16,601 bases of DNA from a virus: the UHGV virus genome UHGV-0088365. The stretch is one strand, 5' to 3'. Positions 1-7,148 of this stretch are shown in pieces. The translations under genes were made by a program, and so were the position numbers. Every line of letters starts with the position of its first letter. Positions within the stretch are counted from its first letter, which is position 1. The notes beneath the pieces were generated by a model. That model made no database searches and was not told the origin of the DNA. It worked only from the letters and a program-made list of their open reading frames with translations.

Positions 1-461
1 TATTCATTATCCGGATAGTCGGCATGGGCTATAACGATAGTTTCATGCCCGGTGTTCAGCTCAATGATATAGGGCAGACGCTTTACCAGCTCCACCAGCG
101 CCCTGGCTAATATTTCCTGATCAGTGTCCAGCATGAAGAACCATTGTCCGCCATTCATTAGCCAGTTATTCACGTTGCCATCAGGACTTAACGCATCAAG
201 CATCAACCGCTCATGGTTCCCCATCACTGCCCTGAACCAGGGCATCTGCAATAGTTCCAGACATTCGACATTTTCGGTGCCGCGATCGATAAGGTCGCCA
301 ACCGATATCAGTAAATCCTGTGTCGGGTCAAAATCCACACGATGGAGTTCATTCATAAGTAGGGTGCAGCAACCGTGCAAATCACCAACAACCCATATGT
401 TTCTGTAGCCTGAACCATCAATACGGCTATATAAATTCACTTCATGCAGCGCCTGATTCAT
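1..461 (-). CDS. Serine/threonine protein phosphatase, lambda-PPase/PrpA-like metallophosphoesterase (partial; C-terminal part runs off the window start)
   Basis: Minus-strand ORF with ATG at 461..459; translation [40 protein letters not shown]...[17 protein letters not shown]...VMGNHERLM carries the GDxHG / GDxxDRG / GNHE calcineurin-like phosphoesterase motifs. Its start overlaps the stop of the upstream gene (ATGA). Not in the ORF track because it is truncated by the window edge. Confidence 0.85.
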   Translation of the reverse strand, partial: MNQALHEVNLYSRIDGSGYRNIWVVGDLHGCCTLLMNELHRVDFDPTQDLLISVGDLIDRGTENVECLELLQMPWFRAVMGNHERLMLDALSPDGNVNNWLMNGGQWFFMLDTDQEILARALVELVKRLPYIIELNTGHETIVIAHADYPDNE

Positions 462-769
462 GCGGCAACCTTCTCCCGCAGCCAGATACAAACCGGGCCA
501 TCTTCAGTGTCATGAATAGAGCCAACAAACCATCCTTCGCCCTCTGGTCGCTCTGGTTCCCAGGCGGCAATATCGGGACCATCTGCGTCCAGATTAAAAT
601 GATCTTCATCCATACTGCGAATAGTCCACTGAAGATTATTTTCCTTCATCCAGGCGTCAAATTCCTCAGTGGATATATATTCACGACCTGCGCAAAACTT
701 TTCATACTCCGGATGTGTCCAGCAGCCATATTCATCACGTTCTACCGGCATTTCTTTAATTGTGTTCAC
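458..769 (-). CDS. Hypothetical acidic protein, 103 aa
   Basis: ORF-track ORF; GTG start at 769 preceded by GGAGG with 7-nt spacing; GTGA overlap with the upstream gene and ATGA overlap with the downstream phosphatase gene. No family recognised. Confidence 0.6.
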   Translation of the reverse strand: MNTIKEMPVERDEYGCWTHPEYEKFCAGREYISTEEFDAWMKENNLQWTIRSMDEDHFNLDADGPDIAAWEPERPEGEGWFVGSIHDTEDGPVCIWLREKVAA

Positions 770-990
770 TCTTCATCCTCCAAATCAGCAACCGCGTCCA
801 TCACATCAGAACCGCGAATAACTTCAAAAGCGCGGCAGGCCATTTGAAATACCCGTTGCTCTTGCGGGTGCGGAGACTCCCAATATTTGAAGCCTGGGCG
901 ATGCGTGTACCCCATCATGGAATAAAAATCGCCAGCAAGTTCAATCGCGGCATCAACAAGTTCGCGATTTGTCATCGTCTGTTCTGTCAT
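766..990 (-). CDS. Hypothetical protein, 74 aa
   Basis: ORF-track ORF; ATG at 990 preceded by GGAGA with about 7-nt spacing; stop overlaps the next start. No family recognised. Confidence 0.55.
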   Translation of the reverse strand: MTEQTMTNRELVDAAIELAGDFYSMMGYTHRPGFKYWESPHPQEQRVFQMACRAFEVIRGSDVMDAVADLEDEE

Positions 991-1261
991 TTGGTTTCTC
1001 CTGTCTGAACATCACTATCATCAGGTCGCCTTTTGTCGCTATCCTCGCTGTTGTGCCTGGTTCAATGCGGCTAAGCTCAAATGCGTCATAGAACGCTTCT
1101 AATGCCTTCTGGCGTAGTTCCTGTTTGCGGCGCTTTCCCCACTGCTTTAGAAAAACAGAGGCCGCCCACTTCCCCGCACTGAACATGATGAAAAACCAAC
1201 CGAGAAGCGCCAGACCGGTATTCAGGAGCGTATCGATCGTTATTGTCGTGTCGATATTCAC
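953..1261 (-). CDS. Putative small membrane protein, 102 aa, GTG start
   Basis: Fills the gap between the Ea22-like gene and the 74-aa gene; GTGA overlap with the Ea22-like stop; one hydrophobic helix (LALLGWFFIMF) followed by a basic stretch. Overlaps the next gene by 38 nt, so start and reality are uncertain. Confidence 0.35.
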   Translation of the reverse strand: MNIDTTITIDTLLNTGLALLGWFFIMFSAGKWAASVFLKQWGKRRKQELRQKALEAFYDAFELSRIEPGTTARIATKGDLMIVMFRQEKPNDRTDDDKSRTC

Positions 1262-1938
1262 TGGCTGCTTCCTCTTCGAAGCTCATCGGCAAAGTCAGTT
1301 GCATGTTCACCGAGTAGTTTCCAGTTATCGCGTATATCAGATGCAAGCGACTGTTCGGATTTTGAGTTACATTTCTGTGCAAACATCTCCAATCCCTGCG
1401 CCCGGACTTCAGCCAGGAAAGCATCGGTGGCTGGCGTTTCCCGTGAACGGTAAGACCAAACAATGTCGTCTGTTTCACTGGGTTCTTCATGAGAGCAATT
1501 TGGGCAGACAGCAGTACAACCAGCATGATCTTCTATGAGCATCTTCAGCCACGAGTTCTCCTCCGCCAGCGTCACGCGACTGGCCTCCAGTTCTGCTACG
1601 CGCTGTTTTGCAGCATCCAGTTCAATCGACAATTTTTCCAACTGCTCTTTATGCTTTTTATATTCCTGATATGCGTGCCAGGACTGACCTTTGCGCACAC
1701 TATCAGTAATATCAGTAATCTGTTCTGGTGTTAGCGTGGTCAGTGGCTGTGCTGGGAAAATCAGCACTTTCCCGGAATCCCAATCAAAACCAGCGTGAAT
1801 TGACTGAACCTCAACTGAAGGTGTTGAACCAATGCTGCCAGGCGAATGAACAACGATCGTTACATCCATATCGCGATGATGGCTGTGGTTGTTGGACAAA
1901 ATACGATTCACCAACTCAGAAAATTTGGAAAATTTCAT
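1258..1938 (-). CDS. Ea22-like (ead/Ea22 family) lambdoid early protein with central coiled coil, about 226 aa
   Basis: ORF-track ORF 1258..1998 trimmed to the internal ATG at 1938 ([17 protein letters not shown]...), which forms an ATGA overlap with the stop of the upstream gene. Coiled-coil segment ([39 protein letters not shown]) and Cys pair CPNC are as I recall for Ea22-family proteins of lambdoid prophages. Confidence 0.65.
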   Translation of the reverse strand: MKFSKFSELVNRILSNNHSHHRDMDVTIVVHSPGSIGSTPSVEVQSIHAGFDWDSGKVLIFPAQPLTTLTPEQITDITDSVRKGQSWHAYQEYKKHKEQLEKLSIELDAAKQRVAELEASRVTLAEENSWLKMLIEDHAGCTAVCPNCSHEEPSETDDIVWSYRSRETPATDAFLAEVRAQGLEMFAQKCNSKSEQSLASDIRDNWKLLGEHATDFADELRRGSSQ

Positions 1939-2297
1939 GCTGATTCCCTTTGATCTTCCTGGATAATGTTGTTGCAATCTTTCACGCACTCGTTGCATAT
2001 GAAAGCGTTGTCCCCGGCAATTAACTTTTTAACGGTGTGCTGGGATTTGTTGCAGAAGCTGCAATAAAGCGTTGGACTGGCTGATACGGATGGTGCGCCA
2101 GATGTCAGCCGCGCGATGTCGTTCTTGCGACGCAATATCACACGGCTGCACTCAACCAGCATCTCCGGGGATATCTCCTCCTCCGTAGAGAGCGTCTCTA
2201 ATCGTTCGAGTATGTGGAAGGCTTTTTCCTGGGTAATCCTGAGTAATTCAGCGTTACGCTCTGCCAGTTGTGCGGGCGTTAAACCTTCAGACTTCAT
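1935..2297 (-). CDS. Hypothetical protein with C-terminal ClpX-type C4 zinc-ribbon domain, 120 aa
   Basis: ATG at 2297 preceded by AAGGAGAG. C-terminus [38 protein letters not shown] closely matches the ClpX N-terminal zinc-binding domain as I recall it ([39 protein letters not shown]). Confidence 0.75.
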   Translation of the reverse strand: MKSEGLTPAQLAERNAELLRITQEKAFHILERLETLSTEEEISPEMLVECSRVILRRKNDIARLTSGAPSVSASPTLYCSFCNKSQHTVKKLIAGDNAFICNECVKDCNNIIQEDQRESA

Positions 2298-2571
2298 ACA
2301 CTCTCCTTTCGAAATAAACGTACTGATTAATCATGCCCAGGGGCATTTCGAGTTTTTCCGCGATCTCACGGCGGGGAACACCACACTGATGAAGCTGCCG
2401 TGCCAGTTCTATATCGCTCTGCCGGTATTTGGCTGACTGGTGAAAGTCTCCTTTCAGAATCATGCTGATCCGCAGTTGCCGCGCTTTAGTCCTGACAGCA
2501 CCACCGGTACGCCCGATCAGTCTCCCAATACCCTCGACTGTCATAGTCCCGGCGCACTGGCGGAGTATCAT
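2287..2571 (-). CDS. Small DNA-binding protein with two predicted HTH-like segments (first resembles a GcrA-type N-terminal HTH), about 94 aa
   Basis: ORF-track ORF 2287..2604 trimmed to the ATG at 2571, which has a GGGGAAGGG Shine-Dalgarno-like run upstream (a GTG at 2604 is the alternative). Segments [28 protein letters not shown] and [34 protein letters not shown] look like HTH units. Confidence 0.5.
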   Translation of the reverse strand: MILRQCAGTMTVEGIGRLIGRTGGAVRTKARQLRISMILKGDFHQSAKYRQSDIELARQLHQCGVPRREIAEKLEMPLGMINQYVYFERRVYEV

Positions 2572-2600
2572 AATTTCTGCCCTTCCCCATCCCCGCCAGC

Positions 2601-3212
2601 TCACGCAGAACTCCTTCTAACCAAAAGAACGCCATCTTCAGAAACAACGTTGCAGGACTTCAGGTAATTCATTGCCTCTTTCGGTAATGGATTCTTTGGA
2701 TCGGCGTTTGCCAGGGATTTCGATAACCTCATGATAAATTTGATCATTACCTTCTGGCGAAGCTTGTGCTCATGAGATAAAGAAAGGTAATAGGAAATGG
2801 TATGGGCTAAACGCTCACGAAGCTGTTCTGTGCCGTGATATACAGCAGCGATATCACGCAGTGCATTGACCAGTTCCCGGTAAATATGCGGAGCAACCTG
2901 GCATTCAATGTTGGTTGGTGACTCATAAATTACATTCAGCCCCAGCTTTTGAGCCAGCTCGTGCTCTGCACGAGCGCCAACTGATTCCTCCCACCCCTTG
3001 AGCAAATAGACCGCATTAGCCGAACGCACCATTGCAAGGCAAATATCTATGTATTCGCTCTCGCAGAGGCCAGCAGGTAACAGCGCCGGATTCAGAACAA
3101 TATGCCCTACCTCCATCAGCTCTTTTGCTTTCGAAAAAAACGCTGTGCGGTTGTAGTCGGGATAACCAGTCATCGGCCCCGCGATGTAAATTTTCATAAT
3201 GCGTTTTGACAT
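2601..3212 (-). CDS. DUF4406-like (nucleoside 2-deoxyribosyltransferase-like fold) protein with an unrecognised C-terminal extension, about 203 aa
   Basis: ATG at 3212 (MSKRIMKIYIAGPMTGYPDYNRTAFF...VGHIVLNPALLP...) preceded by GGGGAAA; TGATG overlap with the upstream small ORF. The IYIAGPMTG...N...NP pattern is typical of the DUF4406 / deoxyribosyltransferase-like family. The track ORF 2601..3239 uses an upstream TTG. Confidence 0.65.
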   Translation of the reverse strand: MSKRIMKIYIAGPMTGYPDYNRTAFFSKAKELMEVGHIVLNPALLPAGLCESEYIDICLAMVRSANAVYLLKGWEESVGARAEHELAQKLGLNVIYESPTNIECQVAPHIYRELVNALRDIAAVYHGTEQLRERLAHTISYYLSLSHEHKLRQKVMIKFIMRLSKSLANADPKNPLPKEAMNYLKSCNVVSEDGVLLVRRSSA

Positions 3213-3367
3213 CAAAGTTTCCCCAGGAACGTTACGCAAAAGTTGATGAGAGCAAAGAGTTCAATGCCCAGCTCAAACAACGCCAGGACAGTGAAAAACA
3301 GGACATATAGCAACCCAATTTCTGAACCGGATTGCTGGTGGATTGCACTAATTGCGACAAGCATCAT
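3212..3367 (-). CDS. Small hydrophobic membrane peptide, about 51 aa, first gene of the leftward operon
   Basis: Not in the ORF track (too short). ATGATG at 3367..3362 preceded by AGGAGG; translation MMLVAISAIHQQSGSEIGLLYVLFFTVLALFELGIELFALINFCVTFLGKL; stop TGA overlaps the ATG of the DUF4406-like gene. Confidence 0.45.
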   Translation of the reverse strand: MMLVAISAIHQQSGSEIGLLYVLFFTVLALFELGIELFALINFCVTFLGKL

Positions 3368-3408
3368 GACCTCCTGATATAGCGTCTGAAAAAAGTATCT
3401 TCATTTTG

Positions 3409-3438
3409 TGTTAGAAAATCAATTTTGATTTTCTAACA
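3409..3438. promoter_or_regulatory. Perfect 30-bp palindrome TGTTAGAAAATCAATTTTGATTTTCTAACA in the divergent intergenic region; putative operator
   Basis: Read directly: the two 14-nt arms TGTTAGAAAATCAA and TTGATTTTCTAACA are exact reverse complements with a 2-nt centre (TT). It lies between the leftward operon start (3367) and the Ref-like gene start (3484). Related half-sites occur at 4060-4069 and in the 13973-14013 inverted repeat. Confidence 0.6.
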
Positions 3439-3483
3439 TGTTTGATCAACCATAGCGGCTATGTAGACAAACCGGGTATTTCT

Positions 3484-4059
3484 ATGAAGCAAAGCTATTG
3501 GGAGAAACAGACACAAAAAGCCCTGCAAAAACTGGCTGATCCGAAATGGCGAGAGGAACAAAGGGCAAAGCGTCTTCAGCAAGCTCAACGCCAGCAGCAG
3601 CGTGCGCGAGAAAAAGCCGCATCGCCTGAATATCGGCAAAAGAAAATTGAAAAAGCGAAGCAATATGAACAGCGAAGAAAAGAGAAGGCCGCTTCTGCTC
3701 CTGTCAAAAAAACTCGCGCGTCACGCGGCCTGAAAGGCAGAACACTCACAGCAGATGAGCGCCGGATACAAACTGCCATCGGTGCTCTCCCCTGCATTGC
3801 CTGCCATATGCACGGACAGCATAGCCCTGTGGTATCCCTGCACCACATCTTCGGAAGAACAGCAGAGAACGCGCATAAATACGTCCTCCCTTTGTGTAAA
3901 TGGCACCATCAACACGCAGCGCCAGCAGAGATCCGCGAGCAATACCCCTGGTTGGTTCCTGTTCATGCTGATGGAAAAATAGGCGGTAAAGCAGATTTCA
4001 GGCGGCACAATGCTGATGAAATGACGTTGTATCAGATGGCGATTGAATTGATGAATTAG
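3484..4059 (+). CDS. Ref-like recombination-enhancement HNH-family nuclease (basic disordered N-terminus plus Cys/His-rich C-terminal core), 191 aa
   Basis: ATG at 3484 (MKQSYWEKQ...). The N-terminal half is very K/R/Q-rich; the C-terminal half has CIACHMHGQ...LHHIFGRT...CKWHHQ, consistent with an HNH-type metal-binding nuclease core as described for phage P1 Ref. The track ORF starts further upstream at 3442. Confidence 0.65.
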   Translation: MKQSYWEKQTQKALQKLADPKWREEQRAKRLQQAQRQQQRAREKAASPEYRQKKIEKAKQYEQRRKEKAASAPVKKTRASRGLKGRTLTADERRIQTAIGALPCIACHMHGQHSPVVSLHHIFGRTAENAHKYVLPLCKWHHQHAAPAEIREQYPWLVPVHADGKIGGKADFRRHNADEMTLYQMAIELMN

Positions 4060-4075
4060 TTTTCTAACATTTTAA
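4056..4075. promoter_or_regulatory. Single copy of the TTTTCTAACA half-site immediately after the Ref-like stop codon
   Basis: TTTTCTAACA at 4060-4069 is identical to the right arm of the 3409-3438 palindrome; no convincing partner arm is seen upstream. Confidence 0.35.
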
Positions 4076-4390
4076 GTTGAATTATAAATTTCTCCGATGT
4101 ACATTCACTACCGATTGGCACACCGGTCAACTTTTTGAGACAAACTGTATAGTTTTTCGTATTATTGCCGCCGCCATACCTATGGCGGTGCAATATAGGT
4201 GGCTGAAAAGCCCCCGTTGACTCACGGTGTTCCAGCCTTTATTGCGCCGCCGCCAGACCGTGGAACAGTCGATGGCGGCTCCGAAAGCAAGGAGTCACTA
4301 CACTATGAACAGCTACTGTCTTTTCCCATCACTCGTTATCCGCCACTCACGCGATAATCTGCATTCTTTACTCGCGCTGGGGGTGTCAAA

Positions 4391-4558
4391 ATGACCGTTC
4401 GCTACCTCAACTTTCAAATCCAGAACATCACTGGCGGTTGCTATGACTGGTTTGTCACTCTCGGAAAAGAAGTGATCACCGGGAAGCTGGATGAAGTGAA
4501 AGCTAAAGCAATGGCCTACGCCTGCAAGCAAGCCCGGAAGAAATCCGCCAAAGCATAA
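4391..4558 (+). CDS. Hypothetical small basic protein, 55 aa, possibly coupled to a 29-aa leader ORF (4305-4394)
   Basis: ATG at 4391 with GGGGGTG upstream; translation MTVRYLNFQIQNITGGCYDWFVTLGKEVITGKLDEVKAKAMAYACKQARKKSAKA. A 29-aa ORF at 4305-4394 (AAGGAG upstream) ends in an ATGA overlap with this start. Both are below the ORF-track size cutoff; the antisense track ORF 4313..4531 looks less plausible. Confidence 0.3.
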   Translation: MTVRYLNFQIQNITGGCYDWFVTLGKEVITGKLDEVKAKAMAYACKQARKKSAKA

Positions 4559-4762
4559 AATACTGACTTTTGCGCCCTGGCCTTATCGTGGGGTATATTT
4601 CTACGGCACCTTAGAAAAACGGGTGCCGGGATTGGAACCTCACGCGGTAGCTCCTTAACTTAGTCAAAGGAGGCTGCCAATATCGCTACTATCCCCACCC
4701 CAACTCATTCTGAATTTATCTGGCGTTTCTATTCCTGCCAAAAACACCTGTATATCTGCGTC

Positions 4763-5140
4763 ATGGCTGCAACCGAAGCAGAAGCTCGTTCATACCTTCC
4801 TGAAGAACCCTGCATTTTTGCCGCACGCTTCACTCTTGATGCGATGGAGATCCTAAATTACTGGAATCTTCTTGTTTGGTGCTTTTCCAGCTTTGTTCAG
4901 GAAAGACTTTATAACTTTTATTGGGTATTTGTAGTGATGCTGATACTGGCATTCCTCACAGCCGGAATTGGCCCGTGGATTGCCTCATTTATCTGGGCGT
5001 TCATGTATAATAAATATTTCACCGTAAATAAGATAAAACAAGGCTTCATTTTTGCTGGTTCTCACACAGAAAATGAGTTGGCTGCTAGCAAGCTAGGATT
5101 GTCATTAAATCAAAACAACTGCAAAACTATTACCGAGTAA
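4763..5140 (+). CDS. Putative small inner-membrane protein (two predicted TM helices); start uncertain (4763 or 4844)
   Basis: ORF-track ORF; hydrophobic segments LLVWCFSSFV and YWVFVVMLILAFLTAGIGPWIASFIWAFM. The body is AT-rich relative to flanks. No clear Shine-Dalgarno at either candidate ATG. Confidence 0.45.
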   Translation: MAATEAEARSYLPEEPCIFAARFTLDAMEILNYWNLLVWCFSSFVQERLYNFYWVFVVMLILAFLTAGIGPWIASFIWAFMYNKYFTVNKIKQGFIFAGSHTENELAASKLGLSLNQNNCKTITE

Positions 5141-5147
5141 AGCCAAA

Positions 5148-5171
5148 AAGCAGGCTTAATAGTAAGCCTGC
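5148..5171. terminator. Hairpin GCAGGCTT-aatagt-AAGCCTGC between convergent genes; intrinsic terminator for the minus-strand gene, possibly bidirectional
   Basis: Perfect 8-bp stem with 6-nt loop. On the minus strand it is followed by TTTTTGGC; on the plus strand it is preceded by AAAAA. Confidence 0.55.
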
Positions 5172-5179
5172 TATGTCAA

Positions 5180-6013
5180 TCACGAATCTCTCTGACAATT
5201 CAGAAACATAAACGCCCGCTTGTCTGTTAAATCCGTAACATAATACTCTCTCATGCCTGTAGGTTTTATTCTACGAGCATATACAAACTTATGAACTGGT
5301 TGTTTTTCCCCATAACTTACATCAGTCCTAAATTCATCAACCACGCTACCATCTTTTTCAGTTTCCTTTCTCACTAGCTGATTTTCTAATACAGGCTTTG
5401 ATTCGTCCATGCCACTAAAAGCATCCTGACCTGTGCTGTTGCCTCGGTTTCCGCGTGGCAAATCCCATGAAAAATAAGTGCCATAGTCAGTAATCACACG
5501 ATCCCATGTTCCGGAATCCCCCATATAGTTAGAACGCTCCCCCTTGTAAGTTACAGCCACCTTACAGGCATACGTTTCACCATTATTTTTTTTATCATGT
5601 CCAGCCATGCTTGCAGGAGTTGCAGGGGAATTATGAATAGATGCGCTTACATCATCCTGCGTTAATTCCTCAACTGGAGCAAATTCATATATGGGTGTGC
5701 CGAGGCTATTTAAATATAACTTATATCTAACCCTAAGCGCACTTCCATCAGAAAATTCATACGTTCCCAGACATTGGAGCTTATTTTTTTCTCTTATCTC
5801 ATTGATCTGATTATAAGCATCAATTACAGAGATTGCTTCCTGATCGTCCTTCAGCAGTTCATTATAATCATCGATTAACATCTGTCTGGTTTTAGGGGCA
5901 TTACAGTCAATTTTGCTAAAATCATAAGCAAAGGCAAATGTGGGAACAGAGAGAGCAACAACAGTAGCAAGTATTGTTGAGGAACATCTTTTTCCATTTT
6001 TTATAAAAAACAT
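5180..6013 (-). CDS. Secreted or periplasmic protein of unknown function with Sec signal peptide, about 277 aa
   Basis: ORF-track ORF 5180..6091 trimmed to the ATG at 6013 (GGAG 8 nt upstream), giving MFFIKNGKRCSSTILATVVALSVPTFAFA-YDF: basic n-region, hydrophobic core and AFA cleavage-type motif. Mature part is rich in Gly, Tyr and Trp. AT-rich. No family recognised. Confidence 0.7.
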   Translation of the reverse strand: MFFIKNGKRCSSTILATVVALSVPTFAFAYDFSKIDCNAPKTRQMLIDDYNELLKDDQEAISVIDAYNQINEIREKNKLQCLGTYEFSDGSALRVRYKLYLNSLGTPIYEFAPVEELTQDDVSASIHNSPATPASMAGHDKKNNGETYACKVAVTYKGERSNYMGDSGTWDRVITDYGTYFSWDLPRGNRGNSTGQDAFSGMDESKPVLENQLVRKETEKDGSVVDEFRTDVSYGEKQPVHKFVYARRIKPTGMREYYVTDLTDKRAFMFLNCQRDS

Positions 6014-6305
6014 TTCATTAACTCCATACTTTACCATCTTAGCCGCGAGCGCGGTCCCTAAAACCCTTAACTTCACTACACCGTCCTTCATGTAAACAAA
6101 ATGAGGTTTTATGTTATAAAAACAATCAACTTCATCAACATGATTTAGGCCAAGTTTCGGTCAAATAATAAAATCCTCAAAAAGTGGTTGACACTATTCT
6201 GGAAATCACAAACTGCACATAATCCATCGCGCTAACGGCTCCCGTTGAAGGTTCTTTTGACGATTAACTTTCAGCCGAAGCGCGGTAGGGAGTCATAACG
6301 CCAAA

Positions 6306-6333
6306 GCAGGCCGCCATGTGCGGCCTTTTTTTG
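6306..6333 (+). terminator. Intrinsic terminator or attenuator hairpin (GGCCGC-catgt-GCGGCC followed by TTTTTTT) 27 nt upstream of the next start codon
   Basis: Read directly: GC-rich 6-bp stem (7 with the flanking A-T pair), 5-nt loop, 7-T run at 6326-6332. It lies between a TTGACA hexamer at 6188 and the GGAGG/ATG of the 217-aa gene at 6360. Confidence 0.6.
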
Positions 6334-6359
6334 TATCCGTCATCCGTGGAGGAAGGACA

Positions 6360-7013
6360 ATGGAAAAGATCGCAATATTCAGCCTGACCACCAGCAAGCC
6401 TCAAATGCTCACTGCAATACTGAAAGACGGTGCTCTCATTATTAACGAAGTAAAACCCCTTCCCGCGTCAGCATTGGAGCAAAAGCAAAAAATTCCTCCA
6501 GCTATAGCAGCCCTGCGGAAAAGCAAATTTAAGGTACTGGTAGACGAAATTACGCCAACGATCTCCGCTGGCACCGGAGCAAGCCAGGTGACTCTCAAGA
6601 CCCGTCATGCCGATGGCAGAGCAGCAATCATCGTCGGGATGGAAAGATACAGAGAGTTAAAACTCCAGAAGCTATTATCCCTGCCGCAAAATAACAAAGG
6701 TGCTTTCGAAATCCCTGACTCCATCGTTGACACCGAATACAACGGTAACGGAGAAGAAGTCTACCGGGTGAACTGGCAGGATATCAGGCCGGAGCATATT
6801 TTGATGATCCTGTGTTGCTACGCGACCGTATACCACAATGTAGCCAGTGCGGATTACGTAGAGCAGATGACCGGTACAGTCGAGAAAGAGCAAAAAACAG
6901 GCATACTCGCTTCGTTCCTGTCCATTATTGGGCATGAAAAAGTTAAAGCAGGCACCTCCCAGCCAAAGACACTGACTGGGAAAGAAGTTGATGAAGATAC
7001 CGTGATACTTTGA
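6360..7013 (+). CDS. Hypothetical protein, 217 aa
   Basis: ORF-track ORF 6318..7013 trimmed to the ATG at 6360 (MEKIAIFSL...), which has GGAGGAAGG upstream. No family recognised. Confidence 0.7.
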   Translation: MEKIAIFSLTTSKPQMLTAILKDGALIINEVKPLPASALEQKQKIPPAIAALRKSKFKVLVDEITPTISAGTGASQVTLKTRHADGRAAIIVGMERYRELKLQKLLSLPQNNKGAFEIPDSIVDTEYNGNGEEVYRVNWQDIRPEHILMILCCYATVYHNVASADYVEQMTGTVEKEQKTGILASFLSIIGHEKVKAGTSQPKTLTGKEVDEDTVIL

Positions 7014-7148
7014 TCACATTAGTAGCTTTGTTAACTCCCTCAATACCAGGTAGAAGAGTAACAAAAATATTGACGCCAGTATTTGCGTGGTCAATGAAGC
7101 GTTCATAAACAGATCAATTAGCATTAATAATTCGAAGATAACATCCAT
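7014..7148 (-). CDS. Putative small hydrophobic peptide, 44 aa
   Basis: Not in the ORF track. ATG at 7148..7146 with GGAG about 8 nt upstream; translation MDVIFELLMLIDLFMNASLTTQILASIFLLLFYLVLRELTKLLM; its stop abuts the stop of the convergent 217-aa gene. Confidence 0.3.
   Translation of the reverse strand: MDVIFELLMLIDLFMNASLTTQILASIFLLLFYLVLRELTKLLM

Noticed and set aside
124-408. Plus-strand ORF-track ORF (94 aa)
   Set aside because: Antisense to the well-supported phosphatase gene with conserved catalytic motifs; no ribosome-binding site or recognisable features.
512-1008. Plus-strand ORF-track ORFs 512..847 and 760..1008
   Set aside because: Antisense to a coupled minus-strand gene series that has Shine-Dalgarno sequences and stop/start overlaps; the translations are low-complexity.
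1086-1538. ORF-track ORFs 1086..1526 (-) and 1125..1538 (+) overlapping the Ea22-like gene
   Set aside because: Alternative frames of the region encoding the Ea22-like protein; no independent support.
3409-3438. LexA (SOS) box
   Set aside because: The palindrome does not fit the CTGT-N8-ACAG consensus.
4170-4290. Retron msr/msd-like non-coding RNA
   Set aside because: No reverse-transcriptase gene anywhere in the window.
4313-4531. Minus-strand ORF-track ORF (72 aa)
   Set aside because: Antisense to the plus-strand mini-ORF pair, which has ribosome-binding sites and an ATGA coupling; neither is certain, but the minus-strand ORF lacks any start context.
4600-4660. Possible tRNA or tRNA fragment (GGTTCCAATCC-like sequence resembling a T-loop on the minus strand)
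   Set aside because: No complementary T-stem, acceptor stem or anticodon arm could be built around it by eye; treated as part of the structured non-coding region.
6188-7013. Type III toxin-antitoxin system (ToxIN-like: promoter, RNA repeats, terminator, toxin gene)
   Set aside because: The leader between promoter and terminator contains no tandem direct repeats, which are the hallmark of ToxI-type RNA antitoxins.
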